Assembly: GCA_028534125.1 (NCBI GenBank)
Contig: CM052817.1
Coordinates: 6,078,001-6,142,000 of the forward strand
Source of the DNA: Lama glama
Taxonomy: Eukaryota
Direction of reading: 5' to 3'
DNA: 64,000 bases
The notes beneath the pieces were generated by a model. The model saw nothing but the letters and a program-made list of their open reading frames with translations, ran no database searches and was not told where the DNA came from. Position numbers and translations under genes: made by a program. Shown here one piece after another: positions 1 through 12,174 of this stretch. Position 1 is the first letter of the stretch. Every line of letters begins with the position of its first letter.

Positions 1-136
1 TAGGTGAGGTGAGGAGGTTTGGCCCTGGAGTCTGTGTCAGATGGCTTGGAAGTGCCACATCAGGTCCTCTTGGCCATTAGTTCAGAGCCAGATCTGGCGG
101 CAGTGGCATTCTACATGAGCTTCCTTAGCTGTCTCT

Positions 137-632
137 GCTGCGTCTACTCCATCTCTGCCTTCTAGAGGCTGCCAGCACCCAGCCTCACAGCCACACCTGG
201 AGCCTCTCACCTCCAACACTGAGCCCCTCAGCTGCTGCTCAAGCATGAGATGCTGCAGGACTCACCTGGGCCCATGTGGAACAACTGGACACACAGGGGA
301 GTTAGAACCCTTTGGGCTTTATCTTTGACGTTGGGAAACTTAAGCTGGCAGATATGCTCTTCCTCTCCATTACCCAAAGGTACTGTCCAGAACACAGTGG
401 CTTGTGAGGCCACCAGGAAGATAACGTCATGAGAGAGTGAGATGGAATAATTCCTTGGGCATGACATGAAGTGCTCAGCCAGCTTGGTGTCATCACATCC
501 TATTGGCACTCCCTCCCAGCCTGTCATATCCCCTTTTGCCCTCATTCCAGCTTCCCTAGGATCAAATTCTCCAATAAAGTAGTCAACCATCAATGCCTTA
601 AGCTCTTTTTCCTGGGGAACCAGTTTAATACA
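137..632 (+). mobile_element. Old ERVL-class solo LTR (LTR16/LTR33-like)
   Basis: 3' end ...ctccAATAAAgtagtcaacc...cctggggaaccagtttaataca resembles LTR16/33 termini. 5' boundary is approximate. Confidence 0.45.
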
Positions 633-653
633 GGTCCCCTCTATGGTTGGTTT

Positions 654-811
654 CAGTGTTTTCTCTGTATCACTGAAACATGTTAGAATGCAGATTCCAA
701 AGCTCCACCCAAGACCTATAATTTAGAATCTCTGGGCTTCAGGTATAGGGCTGTCCATCATAAACAGGTTCTCCTGTGATTCTTACACACATTACAGCCT
801 GAGAACCAGTG
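654..811. mobile_element. MER5-type hAT-Charlie MITE
   Basis: cagtgttttt... and ...tgagaaccagtg termini, internal 'aatgcagattcc...agaatctctggg', followed by ctctag (Charlie-like target). Confidence 0.6.
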
Positions 812-1549
812 CTCTAGTTTAGGGTAAACTGAGGGAAAGAGCAGGATATGTGACCAACCCTTGGCATCTTGTTTGTCTGGAACAACTGAGGAATCCCTAG
901 CTATGACTTGCAGACCCACCTGCCATCCCTCAACCTGTGATACACTTCCTGCCACAGGTCAGTGATTATAGATGCATGGGATTACAAGAGAAATCGTAAG
1001 TAAATCCCATTCAAGAAAAGCCACTTAAATACCTGGCATCACCAAAGGCTGCCATGGAGTTTCAGGGCAGCCATCCTACTACCATTGGCCCCATGCCTGC
1101 TCTCACCTCAGTGTTACCCGTGAGGAGTTGCTGAGTTTTGCACAGTTCATTGAACATCTGCAGTCTGGGGACATGATGCTTGAACAGGTAGACTTCTTGA
1201 GAACTAAGACAATCATATGAAAGTCTGCACAGCTGACTTAATTAGGAAGGTTCCCTGCAGAATTAGCCTTGGGGTAGCCAAGAAGTTTCAGCTGATCATC
1301 TCTCTTGGTAAGCAAAAGAAGCTACTGGTGGTGTTTATAAGTACAGTGAAAACAAAATTACAGCAGTGAATAAAAATAGGAGGGAGAATATAATTACTAC
1401 CTTTTTCCCCCTAAATGATTCACTCTCTAAGTTCAAGGGCCCCTGTTGCTCCAGCACATCCTTGGTGTAGTTAGCAGCCTGGGTGGGTACAACATAAATT
1501 TACTTTTGATTTTCTTTTTTTTTGGCTACTTTTGGGCAAAGCTACCTAA

Positions 1550-1730
1550 TGTGGTAGGTGGAGGATGGACTATAGAGTCACATAGACATGATTTCAAAAC
1601 CCAACTTGCCTTCCACTTTCTTGGGGACATTGAGCAAACTAATCCCATGTCTAAATTTTGGACGGCTCATTTGGACAACAGACAATTTGGTTCAGCTTTT
1701 GTAGGTTGTGTGAATGAAATGAGGCTAATT
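1550..1730 (+). mobile_element. MIR SINE fossil
   Basis: 'ggactatagagtcacatagacatgatttcaaaaccc' head and 'gtgaatgaaatgaggctaat' tail resemble MIR. Confidence 0.55.
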
Positions 1731-1967
1731 ACAGAAGGGTCATGACGTGTTATAGGGATTTAAGAAATCGTAGTTAAGGGTCATCTTCATCATCATCATG
1801 ATCATCAAACTGGGCCAAGAAGACAGGAACAGGACATGTGTTTATGGAAGTGTTGATGGTTTTGTGTTGATTTCTGTGCTATAAATAGGGCTGAAGAGGT
1901 AAAAGCTAAAAGAGACAGATTTTTACTCAGAAGGAAAACCCTTCTCTGAGCTAAACAACAATGGAAT

Positions 1968-2400
1968 GAATGTTAACTCAGATGCGCAAAGCAGATTGCT
2001 TTTCTCAAAGCGGGCAGCCCTTCTCGAATCAGTAATGACCTGGACAGAATGGAAAGGCTGAGGACGAGTGGACTCTTTCTGCCTGACTGCTTGGGCTGGC
2101 ACACTGGGCTTTCCCACCTGTGGACTTGGACTAAGACATTGGCTTTTCTTGAGTCTTGAGCCCACCAGCTTTCCAACTGGAACTTAAACCATATTCTCTC
2201 CTGGGTCTCAGGCCTTTGGACCCAGGCTGGAACTATACATTGACTCTCCTGAGTATCCCTGTTGCTGATAGGAGATCTTGGGACTTTTTAGCCTCTATAA
2301 TTTTATGAGCCAATTCCTTATAATCTATGTATGTATGTATGTATCATCCATCTATCTACCCATCTATCATCTATCCTTGTAGAATCACCTGGCTAATACA
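1968..2400 (+). mobile_element. MLT2-family ERVL solo LTR
   Basis: 'tctcctgggtctcaggcctttggacccaggctggaactatac', 'gatcttgggactttttagcctctataatttt atgagccaattccttataa', a TATG/TCTA repeat and terminal ctaataca are typical of MLT2. Confidence 0.75.
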
Positions 2401-2779
2401 CTCATGTATAAAGTATTTGTATTTCAATGAGAATTAGAGAAGAAACAGGTTTGGCAATGGGAAAAAAATCTACTTACAGGATTTACAGCATGAGATAGAG
2501 ATGAAGGGGTGGATCTGGGGGATAAAGAAAGCAGAATTGCAATGAGGATTAAATGAGATAGTCTATGTAATGCGTTTAACACTAATTATGCATTCAGTGC
2601 TATGAGATTGGTATAATTATTCCACAGGAAACAAAAGGTCATTGTTATTAAAAAAGATACCTAGTATATGGAGCCAGAAAAGGAATCCAAGCCTGTCTAA
2701 CTCCAAAGTCAAATAAATGTCCAAGGTGACTTTATAGAGACCCTGGAATTATCTTAAGTGGGCACTTATTATGCATTCA

Positions 2780-2990
2780 CAGTCTTCATTCACAGTCTCC
2801 AAACATTTAACATTCATTATTTCATTCAAACTTCAGAACCCAATTTGTGATGTAGGTGTTGTTTTTAATTTCACCAAAAAAGATGCTCAAGACTTAAAGA
2901 AGAGAAGTGAGTGGCTAATCATGCAGCTTGAACGCAGTGGTCATGCTGGAGCTCAGACCTCCTGAGTCCAAGCCATGTGCTTCATGGCTA
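2780..2990 (-). mobile_element. MIR SINE fossil
   Basis: 'acattcattatttcattcaaacttcagaaccc...gtgatgtaggt...gatgctcaagac...tcctgagtccaagcc' matches antisense MIR. Confidence 0.55.
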
Positions 2991-3879
2991 TTCCGTGGAG
3001 TTGGTTTTTAAAGGAATTTGAGTTGTTACATGAGCTGGTAAGGCAATGAACATGGGTAGGGAAAATTACCTACAACAATCTCTATGTCTTTCGTAAAATA
3101 AAAGAAACACAGTTTTGATGGCAAGTAGGAATATGCAAATACTATAGCAGAACATATACAATGATATATTTACACAGAGACTTTGTATTTAGAAATTGTC
3201 ATTTAACTGTTTTACTGCTTAAAACACTTCAGCAGTTGTAGTGATTTCATCTTGATGAAAAATGGTGATCACTTTTTGTGCCTGTAAAATGTTCTGCCAG
3301 CTTTAACCCTTGCCTAGTCAAAATTATTTTAAGCCCTTAATCACTTCTTCCATTTCTTTTATAAAGATATCCACGAGGCTGCCACCATCCCCCTTTCCTG
3401 GCCACGAGTAAGATATATTTGCTCGATTTCTTTTTCAGTACTTTGACAAGAAAATGCTTAAAATCGTGCTGCAGACAGAGCAAGCAGACATTATCTGTTT
3501 CAGGCTTGGTTGCACCTATTGCCTAGGGACATAAGCCAAAATTCTCCCCTTGGAAACATTCCCTCCCCTTCCTGCCTCCTAACCAGTGTGATAGAATGTC
3601 CTGCAGTAAAGGCGTGTCCCAGACCCTCTATAACAGGTTGAGGACACAGGTGAAAACAGGTAATATTTGCTACTACCACAGACCTTTACTAAACCCTTGG
3701 TCCTTGCCAGGTTCTGTGTTAAATGTTAGAAGGACAAATAAAACTTAGTCTCTGCTTTCAAGGAATTTGCTGTGATGCAAGAGACTGAAGATAAGCAGAC
3801 ACGTTGTTTGGTGAATGAGCAAACAGAGATGTCAGTAAGCGTTTGGGAATGAGCCTGAGGATATGCGGGAATTGATCAT

Positions 3880-4015
3880 AATAAAAATTTGCACAATACT
3901 TGCCATGGGCCACCGTAATAAGGGCTTCACATTTATTAGCTCATTTGGTCTTTGCAGTGACTCCGTGAGGTAGGTTACTATCATCTCTGTTTTACTGATG
4001 AGGAAATTGAAGACC
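3880..4015 (-). mobile_element. MIR SINE fossil
   Basis: Antisense MIR core 'gtgaggtaggttactatcatctctgttttactgatgaggaaattgaag'. Confidence 0.65.
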
Positions 4016-6659
4016 GTGGCTTGGTTGGATGGGTCTCCAGGAACATGTAAGATGGAGCAGGGAGGAGGAGATAGCCCTATTTGAGATATTTAGGGCTGGA
4101 GATACTTGGGAGCTCTGCCCGGGATGACTCCTGCACACCACGGATACAGCAGGGATCACATCTGGATGGGGAGGATGCTGGATGCTGGCTGAGAGGCAGC
4201 AGCAATCTGGGCAGAAGCGGTGACTGGGGCGTTGACAGCTGTGTCTACAGAATAGTGATAGAGAATAGTGATACAGAATATTGGCTGTTTCTCAAGGATG
4301 GAGGTACTGGAGGATTGTTGGAGTTCTGCTACCAGCCAGGTCTTAATCTTACATTGTAAGCTAGTAGCCCTCAATGAATTATTACTTACAAAGCACCTGA
4401 AAGAGTGCCTGGAACTTAGTCATTGCTGGTCAAATGCTTATTAAGCTAAATAAATAAATGAACACCCACCTAGAGGGCAGCTGATCTTTCCTTCTCACTT
4501 GACACCTGTTGCCGTTGGGCAGGAGAACAGAGAGAAGAGCCTGAGCAGGACCAGCATCCTAGAAAGGGATCAAATAAGGCTGAAAGGACCACCTAGAGAC
4601 GGAGAAGAACTTTAGCAGAAGCTCACGTCACATCAAGTACGTTTCTTCCAGGAAGTGGTGCTAACAGGACCCAACCCAGTCCGGAGAACACTGAAGTTAA
4701 AGATGGAGAATAATTCATTGGATTTGGAATCCACGTCAAGCATGAGAGCTGGCTTTGCAGGATTGTTGGTAATAACAGACCAAATATTTTTCTTTTAGAC
4801 CCGCTGGGTTCAGCTTTGAACCCACAGCCACAGGCATTAACTACACCACGAGCCCACGTGCCAGAAGTGGGCTACTTCCCATTTCATTGAGTGTTTCAAT
4901 AATCATTTACTGAGCACCTAATATGTACCCAACATTGGGTCAGTGGATGGGGGACATATATACAGTAAACAAAACCACGTCTGGTAGGAGAGAGACGTGT
5001 GTTTAGGTGTTTGTTTAATGTGTAAGCACAGTTCCCTGCTATGTGCTCTCATGGTTCTTACCTTAAGGACATTTGTTTTCTGGAATTCTGCATTTCTTAA
5101 TATAATTGACTGAAAGAGACACAGACAATTTCTAGCTCCCCCTATTAAACTGTAAGCTCTGAGGAAGGCAGGGTCATTTCTGGGTCTGCTCTTCATCATG
5201 TCCCAAGCACCCGGCACATGAACACATACAGAGTAAAGAACACAATTTTGGAAAGTGCAATGAAGAAATGGTACATACTCTCTGGGAGTGTGTAATGGGG
5301 GAGCTCATCTAAAATGAGGGGGGTGACCAGAAAAGACCCCTCTGGGAAAGCAACAGCTTAAATGAGATTTGCAGGAAGAGCAAAGAGCTAGCTAGAGAAG
5401 AGAGAGGAGACCATGCCAGGGAGGGAGAGGGAGAGAAAGGGGGTGGGGAGGCCCGAGTGAACAGTTAGTTGAATTCCATTTTCCTCGTGTCAAATAGCAG
5501 TTTCCTCTCAGCTTCTGTAAAATGCCATTTCAGGAAATCATGCTTTCTGTTTTGTAAAATGACTCACGTAAAAGAGCTATTTTGTTGTCATTGGCATTAA
5601 AAATAAATTCAGAATAAAATAACTTGGAACCGTTTTTATTTTCATTCTTGATTTCTTTCATACGAAATGGTGGGACTGCAAGTTTAATTTTTCTTATACC
5701 ACTTTAAAAATGGACTTTTTTTTTCTTACTGGCTGATGGCAGCTGCCTACCCTGAGGCCCTGGGGATGGTGCTGCCTTCAGTCACCTTCCCTCCTCCCTC
5801 CTTGATCAACCATGTGCTGGAGGAGGTCCAGGCCTGCCAACCTCCTCTCCCAGGGTGGGATGGGCAGGGTGGAGCTTCTAGGACAGCCTGCCCACCCCTG
5901 TATCCTGGATACGACATTTCTGCCCAGGGCAGCTGGTGCAGGTGGAGCCTCTGCACCCAGTGGGTGGAGCCTCCTTGTGCTCAACGTTCCAAATACGCTG
6001 CTTCTTGGCAGTGGACTTTGGGAAGGGTTAACTCTCTGATGCTCAGAGCTCTGAACTCAGAAAAATAAATGCCATGATTATATAAACTCCTTGGTAAAAT
6101 GCCTGGTACACAGTGGGTTTTCAGTATAGATAAACCAGAACAGACCTGGTCCTTGCTGGCTTCCTTATTTTTCTTAAATTCAGCCTTAAATGGGATTTGA
6201 GATTCTTTAGTCCCACGTAGAAGGGAGGGAACTCCCAGTAAACTCATTCAGATGAACATGAAGGTCAGGCATATACACTTGATCTAAAGAAATATTTCTG
6301 GGGTCAGAAAACAGGGCTTTCTAAATCAGATTTGTCCTTGGACTTGAGTCCATGGGGGACTGGATGAGCAATTTAGAGAGGAGGAGCTGAACTCTAGTGG
6401 ATGGAAGACTTGATGGAATACAATTTCTCTTGGGTGCTGTCCCATTCATTTTTCCTTATTTGATCCCTCCTCTGAGTCTTTACATTTTTGTAGGATGGGT
6501 TTGATGATTGCTTTTGTCCAGATAAAGAAAGTGGAGCCCAGGTTACCCAGCTGACTGCTGACCAGGCCAAAGCACCATGCACCTCCTTTCCATATGTGAG
6601 GTCTCTGAGCTACCCCTTCTAATGCCCGGGGCTTCCTTAGGACACAACTAAGGCACATT

Positions 6660-7630
6660 TATTATTCATTCATTTAGGGGACATGAGAGTAAATAAGGAC
6701 TGCTTGCCACCCTTAAGCATCTCACAGTGCAGAGGTGGAGACTGATGGCGATACAGTGAAACACGGGTCAGGTTGGGGGAAAGTGCAAGATGTGTTTAGA
6801 ACCAAGGGAGTCACTTGAACCAGTATGGAAATGGTTAGAAGTTGGACAGGAAGGAAATGATACTTGTGCTAATTGCTGAAGGCAAAGTGGGTCTTCGTTG
6901 GACCAAAATGGGGTGCAGGGTTTCCAGGTAATGGGACGGAAGTTAAAGATGACTTAGCTCTTCCAGAGAATAGTAGGTGGTTCCCTCTGATGAGAGAAGA
7001 GGTAGCAGGAGGAAACTTGGCTTATTGGACAGTATTCAGCGCTGATGTCAGAGAGCCCTGGGCTCAAGTCCCGTGTGTGTCTGTGCCACTTACTGCTGCT
7101 GTTTCATCTTTCTGTCTACTGGGTTTTTACATCTGGAAGCAGAAATATGTTTCTGCACATTTCATGACTATTACATTGGGAAATAGTCAGATAGCTAGCA
7201 TAATATGTATTGCTTCCAGACATTATTCTAAAAGTTTCATAGCTATTAATTCTTTAATCTTCTCATCTCTTTGTTTTAGACACTGTGCTTTCCCTTGTTC
7301 TATAGATGAGGGACCTAAATGCAAAAAGAAAAAAAAAGTAACTTGTCCAAAGTCACATGTTAATCAGCAGCAGAGCTGGAATTCAGATGTAGCCATGCTC
7401 TTAACTAGCGTGTGTGGAGAGCGTGTACCGCACACAGTGAGCTCACGGCGGGGCAGAGGGGGCGCTGTGGAGCAGTAGAGGAGGGCAGAGGCCAGATCTT
7501 GAAGGGCTCGGATTGCCTTCTCTCCAGCAGATCACTGAGAGCCCAGGGAAGGTTGCGTGTGATGTGGTTAAGTTTTCATTTTGGGGTGATTGTGCTGGTG
7601 GCCACGTACAGAAAGGTTTGGAGTGAATGA
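6660..7630 (-). mobile_element. L2 LINE fossil interrupted by MIR pieces (about 7020-7430)
   Basis: Purine-rich antisense L2-like text ('ggcagaggccagatcttgaagggc', 'ttttcattttggggtgattgtgctgg') flanks MIR core text ('atagatgagggacctaaatgc...gtaacttgtccaaagtcacat'). Confidence 0.45.
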
Positions 7631-8319
7631 GCCAGCATATTGTCTTCGCAGAATATTTAAGGACATTTTAAGTCTGTTGAAAGAGATTAAAGAGTGGACA
7701 TTTATAGCCTTTACAGCATCACAGAAAGAGGATAGTTTGTAAAGGAAGAGAGGCTGCCAGCATGCCAGGGAGTCTACTCCTATGATTATGTTATAAGGCT
7801 GTCTCTCCAGGGTTTTTCTATAAGGTCTGTTGAAAAGCCTGGCTTAATGAACCAATTTGGATGAACATACAAAACAGCATTACAATACTCTGCTTAAGCA
7901 ACGATACTCACTTAATTGTTTTAGTGAGTATATTTCGTGTTAGTAAGATTCCATTAATCCTGGAGAGTGGTGTGTACCAGACAGGAGTCAGGTGTTTTGA
8001 ATTTGAGACTTATACTGACTCTGTGTTTCCATCTGCAACATATAACACTTGAGAGACATTTTTGTCTTGTTTTGTTTTTACTAGAAGGGACTTTACATAG
8101 AATGTTTATAAAGCTGATGTTTGTTGAGTGCTTATTACAACAACCCCTATTGTGTAGGTGGGGAAACAAGCAAATGGAGGCTTGAGGAAGTAAAGTCAGT
8201 TTCCCAAGCTAATTTTCACAGCTAATTTCAAACTTGGATCTTTTTGACTCTAAAACTCCTATTTTCTGTTGTTTAAGTTTGGTGACATAGGTATATTGAC
8301 AGCAAAAAAAAAAAAAAAA

Positions 8320-8545
8320 GCCATAACTCTCATCCCTCCCTGTAGCTGGGCCCTTGCAAGGTGATTTCCTAGCTCTTCCTATCAAGAGGTGGAATGGACT
8401 TCCCCCGCCTTGAGTCTGGGCTGCGCTGTGACTGGGTCTGGCCAATAGAATGTGGCAGAAATGATGCGCTGCCTGTTTCAAGCTCAGGCCTCAGGAAACC
8501 ATTACATATTTTTCTCAGCTCTTTTGGAACACTGCCAAGTGACCC
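8320..8545 (+). mobile_element. MaLR LTR fragment (MLT1F/H-like)
   Basis: 'cttcctatcaagaggtggaatggacttcccccgccttgagtctgggctgcgctgtgactgggtctggccaatagaatgtggcagaaatgatg'. Confidence 0.65.
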
Positions 8546-8786
8546 AGTCTGAGTCAGCTTCGGCCGCTATAACAAAATGCCCCAAACTGGGTGGCTTAAA
8601 CAATAGACATTTACTTCTCATAGTTCTGGAGGCTGGAAGTCTAAGATCAAGGGTCCCATCCAATTTTTGTTCTTGGTGAGGGCCCTCTTCTTAGCTTGTA
8701 GACAGTGCACATGTGCTCATGTGGCAGAGAGAGAGCACTTTGGTCTCTTCCTCTTCTTATAAGGACACTAGTTCCAGTATGGGGGC
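8546..8786 (-). mobile_element. MaLR LTR (MLT1A/B-like)
   Basis: 'gctataacaaaatgccccaaactgggtggcttaaacaatagacatttacttctcatagttctggaggctggaagtctaagatcaagg' and 'tcttcttataaggacact'. Confidence 0.75.
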
Positions 8787-8914
8787 AAAAATGAAGCTGG
8801 TCACAAAATGAAAGTAGAGGCAAAAGAAGTGGGCTAAGAAACACTCATAGAGAAAAGGAAAGATGCCATCTCCTCTCTGTTTATTTATTAACACATTTCC
8901 TTTCTAATAAAAAG

Positions 8915-9150
8915 AGCTAATATTTGTCAGGCACTGCTGATGTGATGGACCCTATTCCAGCTAATCTGAAAGTATTAACTCATTTCATCTTCACAACAAA
9001 TCCTTGAGTCAGGTGCTGCCCTTGTCCCCATTTTATGGCTGAGGAAGCAGTTGCTTTGGAGAGGAAGGTTCTGGATTGAGGAAGCGAAGTTACTGCATCT
9101 TTGGGACACCTGTAATGTATTCAACTCCAAAGGCAGAGTGCTTGGCTCTC
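8915..9150 (-). mobile_element. MIR SINE fossil
   Basis: 'attaactcatttcatcttcacaacaaatcc...ccccattttatggctgaggaagc'. Confidence 0.55.
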
Positions 9151-11314
9151 TCCCAAACATCCTCAGTGTCTCCCAGACACTTTGGGTAATTACTGCCAGA
9201 AGGGTGTACTGCTGGCCTTGGTTACGTCTGTGTCTCCCTTTACATTGTCATCTCCTCAAACTCAGGGCCTGTCTTATTAATAAGAGGAGCAATTACAAAC
9301 ATATTACTCACTTGATAAAAGCCAGGTGAATGATATAATGAGAAAGCATCACTGAAGAGATGGGTAGGACATCCCATTTGCTTTGAATGTGAAACCAAAT
9401 GCTGGAAGAAGGCTTCCGTTCTGAGGTCCTTGACCATTAGAATAAGATGAGTGGTATTTATAGACCAAGGGTCTGATTTGCTCTCATGAGTGGTTTCCAG
9501 GTCAAGGTGTGAGGGTTCCAACCCCTCAACAAAGAGGAAAATCTCTAGACCAGTATAACAGATTGAGAATTTGTAGCCCACATACCCATCTCTCTCTAAA
9601 GGTGTGAGCTGGTGGTCTGGAACACTAAAGCATTCATGCCCTTAACTGATTTGTGGCACCAACATTATGGGCTTTGGGCTCAGGGAGTATCTTCAACGCC
9701 ACGTGGGACCTGGCGTGCAACATGTGTAAGAATCATTGGTTTCTCTTAGCAAAACAAGTTCTCTCTAACTTTGGTCTTTAATCTCACAGAAGCCCTTCTA
9801 GACTAATATTGGTGGGTCACAGAACATCCTCTCCCAAAGAATAGTGCCAAATAATTTGGAGATATAAAAAGTATACATTAATCCATAAAACAAAATATCT
9901 CAGAAAACACTGGAACAGAGCATTTTGGAAATTCACAATGCTCAACTTTTTCCACCAAGCCTTTTTGTTTTGATAGCCTGGGTTAGTTCCCCTTAAAAGA
10001 GGGAAGATATTTTCATTATCCTTCTTCTTTTCAATTTCAACTATTGAAGACTCTCCTGGCTTTCTAATGGCAGTGTCTACCTGTCAGGGCAACTGGCCTT
10101 GTTCCAGTTCCTCCACCCAGAACCTGGGTGACTTTGCTCACCAATTAATATTCTGGGCCCCAGATCATCTCTTCCACTAAAGGAAGGGATTGAAATAGAT
10201 TATTTCTAAAGTCCTGCCCAATGCCAGAATTCTACTGAAGTATTTATAAGAAGTGTTACAAACTAGTCCTGTGATCTGCCACATGAAAAGAAGATTTGAA
10301 GTTGGAAGGAATTTCAGAAACATTCTTGGGGATTCTGGAGGTCTATGAGCATATTTAACAGAATGTTGGCTGAGGCACCAGGAGACAGTGGCTATCTCAT
10401 TCCAAAAGAGGTGCTAGATCATATGGAGAAAGCTCAAAGTAGATGATCAAAAAGCTAGTTCAATGTCTTACTCTTGTCCAGGATATGAACAGGGTAGCAG
10501 AGTGGAGTGCAGAGAACTTTTTGAATATGCATTTTTGAAAAGTATATTGCTGTATTGTGAGACCCTTCCACCTCAGGGAGGAGAGGAGGTGCCTGCTTCT
10601 CACCACAAGCCCAGTGAAGGGTGGCCCTCAGTAGGACCATTCAGAGAATTTCGCAAAGTCCCTTCAGAGGGACATGAGGGAGGAGTGGTCACAGTGTTCT
10701 GGAATCTGAGTCTCCTCTGACAAATCTAAAGAGTTGGAGATAAACTGATCAGCTGCACATGGGTGAAGTTGGTGGAGTGGGGCACTGTTGGCTGTGTTGG
10801 ATATCCTGCACTCCACAATTTCTCTGTGAAAAAGAGGTGTGAGGGATTGTTTTTCAGAGACAGAATGAGTACCATGAGCAAGGAGGAGCTGGCGTGGAGT
10901 CATGTGAGCTCAAAATCAACATGGCACCTGGAATGGTGATAGACCACAAGCCCCGTTCTTAGACCTACTGAATTGGAATCCCTGTGCCCACTGGAGTTTG
11001 AGAAGCACTCTTTTAGATAGCTGTGCTATATTTAGCATGGGCTTTATCATCTGTGTGCTTAACTAGACCTGTGACTCCCACCCCAACACCATCATCATGG
11101 ACGGGGTAAGAGCAGAACTGGATTTAATCCAGCTACTTTGCCTGCAAGGTGTGTAACCTCAGGCAATTAATTCACTTAACTTGCCAGCTAAAGTAGGACA
11201 TATTCAAAAATAGTGTCTATAATGGATCCAGTGTTCTATCTGATTCATAACAGCACTCCACAAATTTATTTCCAACAGGATAATAGCATACCCGCCATTG
11301 TCCAAATAACAGTT

Positions 11315-11395
11315 TCTCTTCCTTGCTTCCTTTCTCCTTTCCTTCCTTCCTTCCTTCCTTCCCTCCTTCTTTTTCTTTTTCTTCTTCTCTTTTTT
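11315..11395. repeat. (CCTT)n / pyrimidine-rich simple repeat
   Basis: Directly visible. It explains the K/E/G/R-rich ORF 11204..11440. Confidence 0.9.
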
Positions 11396-12174
11396 AACTT
11401 CTGCTTGTTTGGCAATCTCAGCCACCCAGAGTATAATCAAGAATACTGAATTAAAGTTTACATTTCTTCAGGGACACTAAAATTATTATGAGACCTATCA
11501 TGAGTCAAATTCCTTGCTTGTTGTGTAGTAGGTGAGATCCTGCGTCCTTAGCCAAAGCATCTGACTTTTAGTCTACCCACAACTCTATCAGGCATGGTTA
11601 TCTCATTTGCAATCCCTAGAACTTTAGGAGCAGGAATTAGGGATACAGGAATGGCTCCTACAGAAAAGTGCATTAAGAGCTTGCAGTTGTCTGGCAGACA
11701 GAAAGCAAAGATTTCCTAGCAGCTTGAATTAGGACCTGAGTCATCAAGAAAAGATGAATTATTTTCCTGAGTCTCTGAGTCTCTACTGCATAAAAAGGTA
11801 GGGAAGTTTTTAATGATAGCTAACCAAAAGTTGAGCATGCAAGATTATTTTTAAAATTGAGATTTCTGAGTGAGTGCCATAGAATCGAGGTTTCAGCAAT
11901 ATTAAATAAAAAATAAGCAGTTTCTATCTGAATTAATTCTCAAGAGTTTTCTTCTTTATAAGTGGCAACATTAGTAGTCACCAGCTCAGGAAAAATTCTA
12001 TAACTTGGTTTTTCTCCTCTTTTATTCCAACCCCCCTTTTTTTTGCAGAGAGGGGGGCTTTGAGGTTTAGAATTCCGATAAAGATAAGTAGATAGGTTAA
12101 TAAAAATACATAAATATCTCAGTTGAAGACACATATATAAGCAATTTTGTATTTTATAGAAGAACACTGAGGAA

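Noticed and set aside
3335..3413. 41-nt + strand exon candidate at 3367-3407
   Set aside because: The AAG acceptor is weak and the exon does not preserve frame. It cannot be told apart from background pseudo-exons.
7451..7470. CTCF-like AGGGGGCGCTG
   Set aside because: Only the 3' half fits. The conserved CCASY 5' part is replaced by GGCAG.
6873..7478. 201-aa ORF
   Set aside because: It starts at TTG, runs through L2 and MIR fossils, and has no recognisable domain. Chance ORF.
10380..10480. Possible CR1/L3 fragment
   Set aside because: The resemblance is too weak to support without an HMM search.
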